Shown piece after piece: positions 45,182-53,757 of a DNA stretch of 64,000 nucleotides. The DNA is from an uncultured Erysipelotrichaceae bacterium (GTDB lineage: Bacteria > Bacillota_I > Bacilli_A > RFN20 > CAG-826), in the NCBI GenBank assembly GCA_902802355.1, contig CADCLU010000001.1, forward strand, positions 5,533 to 69,532, in the 5' to 3' direction. The position numbers and the translations under genes are program-made. The notes under the pieces are model-generated. The model ran no database searches. It was not told the origin of the DNA and saw only the letters and a list, made by a program, of their open reading frames with translations. Every line of letters begins with the position of its first letter. Position 1 is the stretch's first letter.

Positions 45182-46744
45182 TTATTTCGCTAATTCGTTA
45201 GCGCGGTACTCACGGATGACGGAGACCTTGATCTGACCTGGGTAGGTCATCGTGGTCTCAATCTGCTCACGGAGCTGCTGCGCCATTCTGACGGCATCGG
45301 CATCACTGACTCTCTCAGGAACGACCATGACACGAATCTCACGGCCGGCCTGCATAGCGTAAGCCTGCTGGACGCCTTCGTAGCCTTTGGCGATCTCCTC
45401 AAGCTGAGTGATACGTTTGGTATAAGTCTCAAGGGTTTCGCTTCTGGCACCTGGGCGAGCGGCGCTAAGAGTATCAGCGGCGACGACAAGGTGGGCGATG
45501 ACGCTCTTAAGAGGAACGTCGCCATGGTGACCTTCGATGGAGTTGACGACGACGTCTGGCTCACCGAATTTTCTGGCAAGTTCAGCACCTAAGGAAGCGT
45601 GTGAACCTTCTTGCTCGAAGTCGATGGCTTTTCCGATATCGTGGAGAAGGCCAGCGCGACGGGCTAAGTTCTGGTCGAGGCCAAGCTCAGCGGCCATGAT
45701 GCCGGTAAGGTAACCGACTTCGATGGAATGCTGAAGGACATTCTGACCATAAGAGGTACGGTATTTGAGTTTTCCAAGTACGGCGAGAAGCTCACGGTTG
45801 ATGCGTGGGAGGCCAAGCTTGTTGGCGGCATCGATACCGGCTTTCTGGCAATCAGATTCGACTTCGCCTTTGAACTTGGCAGCGATCTCTTCAATTCTGC
45901 CTGGCTGGATACGGCCATCTTTGACGAGGGCTTCCATGGTTCTTCTGGCGATTTCACGTCTAATTGGGTTGAAGCAGCTGATGGTGATGACCTCTGGGGT
46001 GTCATCGATGACGAGGTCGACACCGAGGGTGCTTTCAAGGACACGGATGTTTCTTCCTTCACGTCCGATGATGCGTCCTTTGAGTTCATCGGTTGGAAGG
46101 GCGATGACGGCGACGGAACGCTCAGTGGTGACGTCTTGGGCATATTTGTCGCAAGCAAGGGCGAGAAGATCTCTGGCCTTGGCTTCGGCAGTGTCTTTGG
46201 CTTCGTCTTCGGCGTTTTTGATGTAGGCGGCGATTTCGGTCGACATCTTGCTTTCGACTCTGGCCATGATTTCGTCATGAGCTTCCTTGACGGACATGCC
46301 AGAGACTTTCTCAAGCTCGGAGATGATGGCGTCGATCTTCTTGTCGAGTTCTTCAGACTTCCTGTCGTTGGCCTCAATCTTCTGAGTGAGGATTTCGTTC
46401 TTTCTGTCTAAAGAGTTCTCTTTCTGGACAAGGGCGTTGTCACGGGCGTCGATGGCGTCTTCACGGGCATCGAGTTTGTTTTGAGCAAGCTGAATCTCTT
46501 GCTTCATCTGACGGATCTCGTTCTGGGCGGTCTGCTTCATCTCGAAGGCAGTCTGCTTAGCATCGATCTCCGCGTTCTTGGTGATTCGCTCAGCCTTGAT
46601 TTCGGCGTCGCGAAGGATTTGTTTTGAACTCTTCTCTGCGGTCTTGACCTTTCCATTCGTGACGAACTGCATCACGAAGAAAGTTCCGAGAATACCGAGC
46701 AAAAGAGCCACACAAATGAGGACTATGGCTAATACTGGATCCAT
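45182..46744 (-). CDS. rny: ribonuclease Y
   Basis: 520 aa. N-terminal TM helix, coiled coil, KH domain (GRIIGREGRNIR) and HD domain (LLHDIGKA). Confidence 0.95.
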   Translation of the reverse strand: MDPVLAIVLICVALLLGILGTFFVMQFVTNGKVKTAEKSSKQILRDAEIKAERITKNAEIDAKQTAFEMKQTAQNEIRQMKQEIQLAQNKLDAREDAIDARDNALVQKENSLDRKNEILTQKIEANDRKSEELDKKIDAIISELEKVSGMSVKEAHDEIMARVESKMSTEIAAYIKNAEDEAKDTAEAKARDLLALACDKYAQDVTTERSVAVIALPTDELKGRIIGREGRNIRVLESTLGVDLVIDDTPEVITISCFNPIRREIARRTMEALVKDGRIQPGRIEEIAAKFKGEVESDCQKAGIDAANKLGLPRINRELLAVLGKLKYRTSYGQNVLQHSIEVGYLTGIMAAELGLDQNLARRAGLLHDIGKAIDFEQEGSHASLGAELARKFGEPDVVVNSIEGHHGDVPLKSVIAHLVVAADTLSAARPGARSETLETYTKRITQLEEIAKGYEGVQQAYAMQAGREIRVMVVPERVSDADAVRMAQQLREQIETTMTYPGQIKVSVIREYRANELAK

Positions 46745-47037
46745 AATGTTTTATTACTCCTGAAAAATAGATAAGCATCAAAGGCTATACCCATTCATTA
46801 AAAAGAAAGAATTCCGTTGCTTGGATATGTGTATATCACGGGGATCGTTCCCGAAACGTAACCTAGCCAATCTATATGAATTGGGTAGCGGACCATTTGG
46901 TACCAAGGAAATTATAGAAACTAGAGTTAAAAAACTCTATAGGGAATAGCAAAGTTCGCAGAGATTTTTTCAAGAAAGCGCTTCAAAAAAGATAAAAATC
47001 GTCAACAAAACCCATTTATTTTGTTTTTTTCCGAAAT

Positions 47038-47063
47038 AAAAAAGACCCGCGAAACCGCGGGCC
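47038..47063 (-). terminator. rho-independent terminator of recA
   Basis: The minus strand reads ggcccgcgg-tttc-gcgggtc followed by a T-run. Confidence 0.8.
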
Positions 47064-47078
47064 TAATTCTTGGACGTT

Positions 47079-48131
47079 TTATTCAATGACCTCGCCGTCG
47101 TCGGTAGCAGCGACTCCTGAACCGGCGCTGAAGGAAGCACGAATCTTCTCTTCGATTTCTTTGGCTGTCTTCTCGTTGGAGAGGAGGAAGTCTTTGGCGG
47201 CTTCGCGGCCGTTTCCGATCTTCTCACCATCAATGACGTACCAGTTGCCGGTCTTTTGGATGAAGCCTTTCTCGACACCGACATCAAGGAGTTCTCCTTC
47301 TTTGGAGATGCCTTTTCCGAAGATGATGTCGACGGAGCAGCTCTTGAATGGCGGAGCGACTTTGTTCTTAACCACTTTGACTTTGACGGTGTTGCCGATG
47401 ATGTCGACGCCAGCCTTGATGGCGTCTTGTCTTCTTAAGTCGATACGGATGGAGGCGTAGAACTTAAGGGCACGGCCACCGGTCGTGGTCTCTGGGTTGC
47501 CATAGAAAACTCCGACTTTCTCACGGAGCTGGTTGATGAAGATAACGCAGCATCCGGTCTTATTAAGGATACCTGCGAGCTTACGCATGGCCTTGGACAT
47601 AAGGCGGGCCTGAAGTCCGACCTGGTTGTCGCTCATGACGCCATCGAGTTCCTGTTGCGGAACAAGAGCGGCGACTGAGTCGACGATGATGATGTCGATA
47701 GCGCCTGACTGGGCAAGCATCTCAACGATCTCAAGGGCCTGCTCACCATTGTCTGGCTGAGAAAGGATGAGTTCGTCGATGTCGACGCCGAGCTTAGCCG
47801 CGTATTCTGGATCGATCGCGTGCTCAGCATCCACGTATGCGGCGCGTCCGCCCTTTTGCTGGGCTTGGGCAACCGCTTCGAGAGCGAGAGTGGTCTTACC
47901 ACTGCTTTCTGGACCGTAGATTTCGATGATACGTCCTTTTGGATAACCGCCAACACCTAATGTGTTGTCGATGAGTAATGAACCTGATGGGATGACGTCC
48001 ACATCAACGTGTGGGCGATCTCCAAGTTTCATGACTGAACCTTTGCCATATGCTTTTTCAATATTCTTGATGGCTAAGGCGAGAGCTTCCTCTCTGTTGG
48101 TTTGGGCCTGTGTTTCTTTAGCTTTTGGCAT
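47079..48131 (-). CDS. recA: recombinase RecA
   Basis: 350 aa. [18 protein letters not shown] and [11 protein letters not shown]. Confidence 0.97.
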   Translation of the reverse strand: MPKAKETQAQTNREEALALAIKNIEKAYGKGSVMKLGDRPHVDVDVIPSGSLLIDNTLGVGGYPKGRIIEIYGPESSGKTTLALEAVAQAQQKGGRAAYVDAEHAIDPEYAAKLGVDIDELILSQPDNGEQALEIVEMLAQSGAIDIIIVDSVAALVPQQELDGVMSDNQVGLQARLMSKAMRKLAGILNKTGCCVIFINQLREKVGVFYGNPETTTGGRALKFYASIRIDLRRQDAIKAGVDIIGNTVKVKVVKNKVAPPFKSCSVDIIFGKGISKEGELLDVGVEKGFIQKTGNWYVIDGEKIGNGREAAKDFLLSNEKTAKEIEEKIRASFSAGSGVAATDDGEVIE

Positions 48132-48175
48132 ATATTACCTCCACCTTATATATAGGGACGTTTCCCTAAATTTTT

Positions 48176-48655
48176 TTATTCTTCGAAAATTTCCTCGAGA
48201 GCATCGAGCATCGAGTTTACGCACTCTTCTCTCATTTCATTCCTATCGAGCTTGAAATCCTTCTCAATATTCACGTAACCCTTGCTCGTGGCTACGCACA
48301 TATTCACGCGTCCGACGGGCGCGCTACCTTTTTCTTTGGTTGGGCCGGCGTTGCCAGTGAAGGAAACGCAGACATCGACCTCAAGTCCATGACGGCCGAT
48401 GATAGCCATTTCTCTAGCGACCTCTTTGGAGACGACGCCGTATTTATTAATGAAAGCTTTATTGATGTTGAGGAAGTCGGTCTTCATGCTCGTCGCGTAT
48501 GTGACGAAAGAGCCTTTGAAGACTTTGCTCGCTCCAGGGACGGAGCAAATCGTGGAAGCAAAAAGGCCTGCTGTTAGAGATTCCACAGATCCAAGAGTGA
48601 GTCCTCTTTTCTCTAATGAAGATAGAACCTTTTTCGCTTTCTCAAGATTAATCAT
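48176..48655 (-). CDS. cinA: CinA C-terminal-domain protein (PncC-type nicotinamide-nucleotide amidohydrolase domain only)
   Basis: 159 aa. GSVESLTAGLF and GNAGP motifs. It sits in the conserved pgsA-cinA-recA arrangement. Confidence 0.8.
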   Translation of the reverse strand: MINLEKAKKVLSSLEKRGLTLGSVESLTAGLFASTICSVPGASKVFKGSFVTYATSMKTDFLNINKAFINKYGVVSKEVAREMAIIGRHGLEVDVCVSFTGNAGPTKEKGSAPVGRVNMCVATSKGYVNIEKDFKLDRNEMREECVNSMLDALEEIFEE

Positions 48656-49286
48656 TTTCTTTCTTCTCCAATAAAATATGCCAGTTTTGCTTGAGATAAA
48701 TGATTAATGAGATGAGAGACATGGCCGTCGCGATGTAGATGGCGATGTTGCAGATTCTGAGGTAATTGTTCCAATCGGCATCGAAGTAGGCGAATGGCCA
48801 GCTGTTAAGAAGAACCATCGGGATGGCGACCATCTGGAAGACGGTCTTAAGCTTGCCGAAGATGTTCGCGGCAACGACGGATCCTTTGGTAGAAGCGACC
48901 AATCTGAAGGCATCGATGATAAGGTCTCTTCCAATCATGATGATGACGCAGGAGACGGGGATGACCGCGTTGTTGGTGCCGAAGTGTGGGAGCGCCAAAT
49001 AGATAAGGGTTAAATTGACAAGAAGCTTATCAGCGACTGGGTCAAGGAATTTGCCCATATCGGTGACGAGGTTATATTTTCTCGCAATCTTTCCATCGAG
49101 CATATCGGTTAAGGACGCGATGACGAAAAGGAAGAACGAGATGAAGTAGGCAAGATTAATTGGGCCGATCATCGGCATGGTCGTCAGTATGCCGGCCATA
49201 TAAAGGATGTCGCAGGTGAATAGACCAAGAAGCATGACCACCACGATCACGATGCGGCTGACAGTTAATTTCGTAGGTAAGTTCAT
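48648..49286 (-). CDS. pgsA: CDP-diacylglycerol--glycerol-3-phosphate 3-phosphatidyltransferase
   Basis: 212 aa. CDP-alcohol phosphatidyltransferase motif DMLDGKIARKYNLVTDMGKFLDPVADK. Confidence 0.9.
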   Translation of the reverse strand: MNLPTKLTVSRIVIVVVMLLGLFTCDILYMAGILTTMPMIGPINLAYFISFFLFVIASLTDMLDGKIARKYNLVTDMGKFLDPVADKLLVNLTLIYLALPHFGTNNAVIPVSCVIIMIGRDLIIDAFRLVASTKGSVVAANIFGKLKTVFQMVAIPMVLLNSWPFAYFDADWNNYLRICNIAIYIATAMSLISLIIYLKQNWHILLEKKEND

Positions 49287-49314
49287 TGGTCTCCTTCTTC
49301 TCCTTTATTTAGTG

Positions 49315-49644
49315 AGTTTCCGACCCGATAAGCCATGTTCTGTCGAGGGCGATAATTAATCTCAGATTTCTCTGGAAGAATTCGATTCGGTTCTCTCCTT
49401 CTTCTTCCCCTACCAAATTTGGGTTTCTCGCTTGTGGGGTTTACCAACGTTTCATCTTGCTATCGCTAACAAGCTCGTCTCTGTGGCACTTTATGGAATC
49501 CCATCTACGGGAGATGTTCATCCGCCGTCACGTACTCCTACGTGCCTAGGCTTATTTATTGGCCTAGCGCAATCACTACATCCATCACAGGATGTGCGAG
49601 CATGGACTTTCCTCTAGTTTCCCAGTAGTCGCCTGGGTCGGAAG
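49315..49644 (-). ncRNA. rnpB: RNase P RNA, type B (compact, ~330 nt)
   Basis: The minus strand contains GAGGAAAGUCCAUGCUCGCAC, GAAAGUGCCACAGAGACGA, GGUAAACCCCACAAGCGAGAAACCCAAAUUUGGUAGGGGAA and ACAGAACAUGGCUUAUCGGG. P1 is UUCCGACCC/GGGUCGGAA. The ends are accurate to about 5 nt. Confidence 0.9.
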
Positions 49645-49649
49645 TTATT

Positions 49650-50066
49650 TTATTTGTTGCCTTTCCTTATCTTGGTTACATCGTATCCAAGCTGATATAT
49701 GAAGGTTTCATAATCGTGGATCTTCTGGATGTACTCAAGGTTCTCCGCGGTGATGGTTTCGCCTGGCTTGATTCCTGCCACCTTGTTGTTGAGGGAGGCG
49801 TTTGCGATTTCAAGCTCTTTGGCTTTGGCCTCGGCGTCCATCGCTCTCTTGGCGAGAGAGGAGACATCATTGGTTTTGGAAGAGAGGTCTTTGTTAAGAT
49901 TGGCGATCTCTTCTTCGAGGGAAGCGATAGCCTTCTCGTAGGCATCGTAATCCTGGATGATCTGATCCAAGAAGGAATCAACCTCATCTGGATTGTAGCC
50001 TTTGACATCTTTTTCGAAACGGTGGTTGTAGATGTCGTTGATTGTTAGTTTGACGTTCTTTTCCAT
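49650..50066 (-). CDS. DivIVA-domain protein, GpsB-like
   Basis: 138 aa. The N-terminus LTINDIYNHRFEKDVKGYNPDEVDSFLDQIIQDYD matches the DivIVA/GpsB lipid-binding domain, followed by a coiled coil. rnpB lies directly downstream. Confidence 0.8.
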   Translation of the reverse strand: MEKNVKLTINDIYNHRFEKDVKGYNPDEVDSFLDQIIQDYDAYEKAIASLEEEIANLNKDLSSKTNDVSSLAKRAMDAEAKAKELEIANASLNNKVAGIKPGETITAENLEYIQKIHDYETFIYQLGYDVTKIRKGNK

Positions 50067-50311
50067 AACCTCCTTAAATTATATTTAAGCGAGAAAGGTA
50101 GTTCAATAATCGCGCGCAACAATGTTAAAAGAATTTCATACAAAACTTTTTGATAAATTTTTTAATTTTTGTAAAATAATTTCGTTCGAAAAAACCCCTC
50201 AAATGCTGGAGATTTTGAATTCCGCAACCGAAAGTTGCTGAAGTGCAAACCAGACTTGGTAGTACGCAACCAGCCGCTAATTTAATCTAGTGCCAGTCGG
50301 AGGACAAAAGA

Positions 50312-51112
50312 ATGAACATCGAAATCGCAAACAGACTAATTGAGCTCAGAAAGAAGAGCGGACTCTCCCAGGAAGAACTCGCGGACAGGTTAGGCCTATC
50401 GCGTCAAGCCGTGTCCAAGTGGGAGCGCGCAGAGGCGTCGCCTGACACGGATAACCTTATTTGTTTAGCAAGGATCTATGGCGTGTCGCTTGATGACCTT
50501 CTCAACACTGACGAATCCATTGAGGACATCGCCCGCAACGTCAAGGAAGAAAGAGCTTCCAAGAGCGGCCCTGCCGGAGTTCGTCTCACTGATGATGAAG
50601 GACAGGCCGTTGAGTATGACGACGAAGGAATCACCATCGTCGACAAAGATGGCGAAAGACTCACCATCGACGAAGCCAGAAAGAAATACAAGAAGTACGA
50701 CGGACATAAGAGCAAAGGCTGGCAGATCGCCATCACCGTTACCACCTCAGTCCTTATGCTCCTTGCTGTCATCACCTACTTATTGCTTGGCTTCTACGTC
50801 GATTATTACGGATGGACAACTTGGTGGATCGTTATCCTCTTCCCTATCATCATCGCCTCAATCCTTGAAGCCATCGAGAAGAGAGACCCAAACAAATTCG
50901 CCTTGCCAGTCTTAATTGTTGCCGTCTACATCTTCTTAGGCTTCTACTACATGTTATGGCACCCAATGTGGATACTCTTCCTTCTCATCCCTGTCTACTA
51001 TGCCGCAGTGGCACCATTCAAAAAGAAAGATGAAGATTGCTGCAAAGACAAAGATTGCTGCAAGAGCTCTAAAGACGAAGAAAGATACGCTAACCACAAG
51101 CGCCGCCCATAA
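50312..51112 (+). CDS. membrane-anchored XRE-family HTH protein with a Cys-rich tail
   Basis: 266 aa. HTH_3 domain (LRKKSGLSQEELADRLGLSRQAVSKWERAEASP), an acidic linker, 3-4 TM helices and the tail DEDCCKDKDCCKSSKD. Confidence 0.75.
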   Translation: MNIEIANRLIELRKKSGLSQEELADRLGLSRQAVSKWERAEASPDTDNLICLARIYGVSLDDLLNTDESIEDIARNVKEERASKSGPAGVRLTDDEGQAVEYDDEGITIVDKDGERLTIDEARKKYKKYDGHKSKGWQIAITVTTSVLMLLAVITYLLLGFYVDYYGWTTWWIVILFPIIIASILEAIEKRDPNKFALPVLIVAVYIFLGFYYMLWHPMWILFLLIPVYYAAVAPFKKKDEDCCKDKDCCKSSKDEERYANHKRRP

Positions 51113-51159
51113 GGGGGCGCTTTTTTAACCCCTTCGTCCCTCTCGTTTCGTGTTATCAT

Positions 51160-51891
51160 ATGCCCATGAAAATCCTCGACCGCAAACTCAAGAAGAAACG
51201 CACATTAGTTTTCGTTGACCTTGAGGGGACAGGATTCAGCCACGAGATGATTGAGATCGGCGCTTACCTCGCCACCATCAATGAAGATGGGACGATTAAG
51301 AAAGTAGGAGCCCCTTTCAAACGTTATGTTTTAGCCCATCACCCAATCGGCCATTTCGTCGAGAACATGACCGGCATCACCCCTCAGCTTCTTAAGAAAG
51401 AAGGAAAACCATTCGCTGAAGTCCTCCGTGAATTCAGAAAATACGTCGGAAAGCATTGGGAAGATTCGTTATTCGTTACCTTTGGTAACCATGACATGGT
51501 TATCTTCCACAAAAGCTTAGAAGAGAATGAGGATGCGAGTGAGATCATCGTCAAACATATCAACCGCAACAACTTCGATTTCAGCGCTTTCCTTGCCCCG
51601 TATGTTCAGGATTTGAATGGAAATCCTCTTTCCTTAGCCAACTATCTCAAAGTGTTCCAGGTTCCTTTTGAAGGAAGAGCCCATGACGCTTTAGCGGATG
51701 CCTATAACCTTATGGATCTCTATAAAGCCGTCTTAGCCAGGAACGATATCTTGGTTGAGGAATACGGAAAGACATTGACCCATTACCACCACGCCCCATA
51801 TCCAGTTACGAAGATCATCAAGAAGCTTACCGAAGGTGAGTCTGTCAGCCCAGAAGATTGGGGCGACGCTGTAGCGGAGACTTTCAAATGA
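51160..51891 (+). CDS. DEDDh-type 3'-5' exonuclease (DnaQ/KapD-like)
   Basis: 243 aa. ExoI FVDLEGTG...EIIEIGA and ExoIII HDALADAYN. The ATGA overlap gives translational coupling to recU. Confidence 0.75.
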   Translation: MPMKILDRKLKKKRTLVFVDLEGTGFSHEMIEIGAYLATINEDGTIKKVGAPFKRYVLAHHPIGHFVENMTGITPQLLKKEGKPFAEVLREFRKYVGKHWEDSLFVTFGNHDMVIFHKSLEENEDASEIIVKHINRNNFDFSAFLAPYVQDLNGNPLSLANYLKVFQVPFEGRAHDALADAYNLMDLYKAVLARNDILVEEYGKTLTHYHHAPYPVTKIIKKLTEGESVSPEDWGDAVAETFK

Positions 51892-52487
51892 CCATCAAAT
51901 ACCCAGCCGGAGTCAAAGCCCCTACTGCACCTCTAAAGGAAAAGAAGCCTGTTAAGGCTAAGAGACATATTTTGAGCGCGGCTAACCGTGGTATGGTCCT
52001 TGAGAATGAGCTCAATGACTCTTGTCTTTATTACCGTGAGAAAGGAATGGCTCTTATTTATAAGAGGCCTACTCCAATCAATATCGTCAAGGTCGATTAT
52101 TCACACGGTGCCACAATCACCCAGGCGTATTTCGAAACTCAGTCCACAACCGACTATAACGGAGTCTACAAAGGAAAGTATTTGGATTTCGAGGCCAAGA
52201 GCACGAAGTCAAAGACTTCCTTGCCGTTAAATAACATCGCTCCTCAGCAGGTCGATCATCTTGAAGAAGTCATCCGTCAAGGCGGAATCGCTTTCTTCAT
52301 CATCTCGATCGATTTGCTTAATGAAGTCTATTTGATCGACGCGAAATACATCTGCGAGTTCTATAGAAACAAACCTCGCGCATCTATTCCGGTATCTGAG
52401 ATCAAAGAAAAAGGCCACCTCATCAAAGAAGGGTATCATCCACGTTTAGACTTCTTGCCTTTAGTAGATAAGTTATATTTGCAATAA
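51888..52487 (+). CDS. recU: Holliday-junction resolvase RecU
   Basis: Start chosen at MTIKYPAG (ATGA overlap with the exonuclease stop). NRGMVLENELN, STTDYNGVYKGKYLDFEAKST and PQQVDHL. Confidence 0.9.
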   Translation: MTIKYPAGVKAPTAPLKEKKPVKAKRHILSAANRGMVLENELNDSCLYYREKGMALIYKRPTPINIVKVDYSHGATITQAYFETQSTTDYNGVYKGKYLDFEAKSTKSKTSLPLNNIAPQQVDHLEEVIRQGGIAFFIISIDLLNEVYLIDAKYICEFYRNKPRASIPVSEIKEKGHLIKEGYHPRLDFLPLVDKLYLQ

Positions 52488-53092
52488 GGCTTGAGAGGGC
52501 AATCCTCACAGTTAGGTCTTTGGGCGGAACACTTAGTTCTTCCAAAGTTGATGAAAGAATGATGAACGAAGGCGTGCTCTTCATAAGGGAACGCCTTTTC
52601 TAATTTCTTCTCAATCGCGACAAATTCGTCATTTTCCCCTGCAAAACCTAGGCGAATCGCAATTCTTCTTACGTGGGTATCGACAGGAATGACTTGTTCT
52701 CCTCTTCTCTCTAAAAGGAAAACTCCAGCGGTTTTAATACCGACTCCTGGAAGCGAGGTAAGGGTCTTTTTGTCACTAGGAACGATGCCGTTATACTCTT
52801 TCGCCATCACCTTTCCGAGTTCGTTGATGTTCTTCGCTTTGTTGTGATAAAGACCTAAGGTCTTGATGTCCTTTTCGATGTCCTCGATCTTAGCGTTTCC
52901 TAAGGATTCGAAATCAGGGAAATGCTTGAAGAGGGCTGGCGTGACTTTATTGACGCTTTTATCCGTTGTTTGGGCACTCAAAATGATGGAGACCAAACAT
53001 TCGTAGTCATTAGTAAAATCAAGAGCCGTCTTGGCGTCGTCATAGTTATCGTGAAGGTAGTTAAGTATGGCTGCTACCTTTTCGCTTTTCAT
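52436..53092 (-). CDS. nth: endonuclease III
   Basis: 218 aa. HhH-GPD (LTSLPGVGIKTAGV), catalytic D (VDTHV) and a 4Fe-4S cluster loop CSAQRPNCEDCPLKPYC. The 3' end overlaps the recU 3' end by 52 nt. Confidence 0.9.
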   Translation of the reverse strand: MKSEKVAAILNYLHDNYDDAKTALDFTNDYECLVSIILSAQTTDKSVNKVTPALFKHFPDFESLGNAKIEDIEKDIKTLGLYHNKAKNINELGKVMAKEYNGIVPSDKKTLTSLPGVGIKTAGVFLLERRGEQVIPVDTHVRRIAIRLGFAGENDEFVAIEKKLEKAFPYEEHAFVHHSFINFGRTKCSAQRPNCEDCPLKPYCKYNLSTKGKKSKRG

Positions 53093-53094
53093 AT

Positions 53095-53757
53095 TTATTT
53101 ACCCCAGAGGTCTTTGGCGATAGCGATGGTCGCTTCGATATCCTTGTCCCAGGTATCGCTTACGGCACTGCTTCCCTCTTTGAGGATGTCCTCGGCTTTA
53201 CGAGCGCTTTTAAGAGTTTTCTCGATGGCTCTGAATGATTTCTTGCCGGATCTAAGAGTGTCCAATAAGGCATTCTTGATTTGATCAAGAGAGTATCTGG
53301 CATCAAGCCATTCGTTGATTGTGCTTTGCTCTAATGGGGAAAGGCTGCGGTTAAGATGTTCTTCGTAGAAGGAATGGATCTCAGAGAGAGCCTTTTCTTT
53401 TGTTTTGTCGGTGAGCTTGCTGGCCTCACGGTCCATGGTCTCTTTGAAGAGGGCATACACCTTGTCTTTGAGGTTATTCAAAGAGACGGTGAGTTTGCCT
53501 TCGACCATATCGTAGGTAAGATAGTTCTTTTTGACGAGTTCGGTGAGCTCTTTATCGATGTCGGCTGGTTTGAGGTTCATCTTGAGCGAAAGCATGTCGC
53601 TGTTGATGAAGGTGTTCCCTTGCTCGATAAGGTGATCGATCATGAGGATGACAGACAGACCGGTCTCGGTTATGCCAAGCCTCTTATAGCAATCCAAAAG
53701 AACGTAATGGAAGCTGACTGCATTCAAATACGGATTCTTCATAACGTTCCTTTCCAA
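53095..53757 (-). CDS. dnaD: DnaD-domain replication initiation/primosome protein
   Basis: 220 aa. N-terminal wHTH-like region and a C-terminal DnaD/DnaB_2 block (LSPLEQSTINEWLDARYSLDQIKNAL). It is adjacent to nth, as in Bacillus. Confidence 0.8.
   Translation of the reverse strand: MERNVMKNPYLNAVSFHYVLLDCYKRLGITETGLSVILMIDHLIEQGNTFINSDMLSLKMNLKPADIDKELTELVKKNYLTYDMVEGKLTVSLNNLKDKVYALFKETMDREASKLTDKTKEKALSEIHSFYEEHLNRSLSPLEQSTINEWLDARYSLDQIKNALLDTLRSGKKSFRAIEKTLKSARKAEDILKEGSSAVSDTWDKDIEATIAIAKDLWGK

Noticed and set aside
46745-47037. 6S RNA or another named small RNA between recA and rny.
   Set aside because: Hairpins are present, but I cannot match them to any family consensus from memory. 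I report the region only as an unexplained leader.
48176-48655. cinA as a truncated pseudogene (only the C-terminal PncC-like domain is present).
   Set aside because: The ORF is intact and overlaps pgsA by 8 nt in the conserved pgsA-cinA-recA order. Stand-alone CinA C-terminal-domain genes are common, so I see no evidence of decay.
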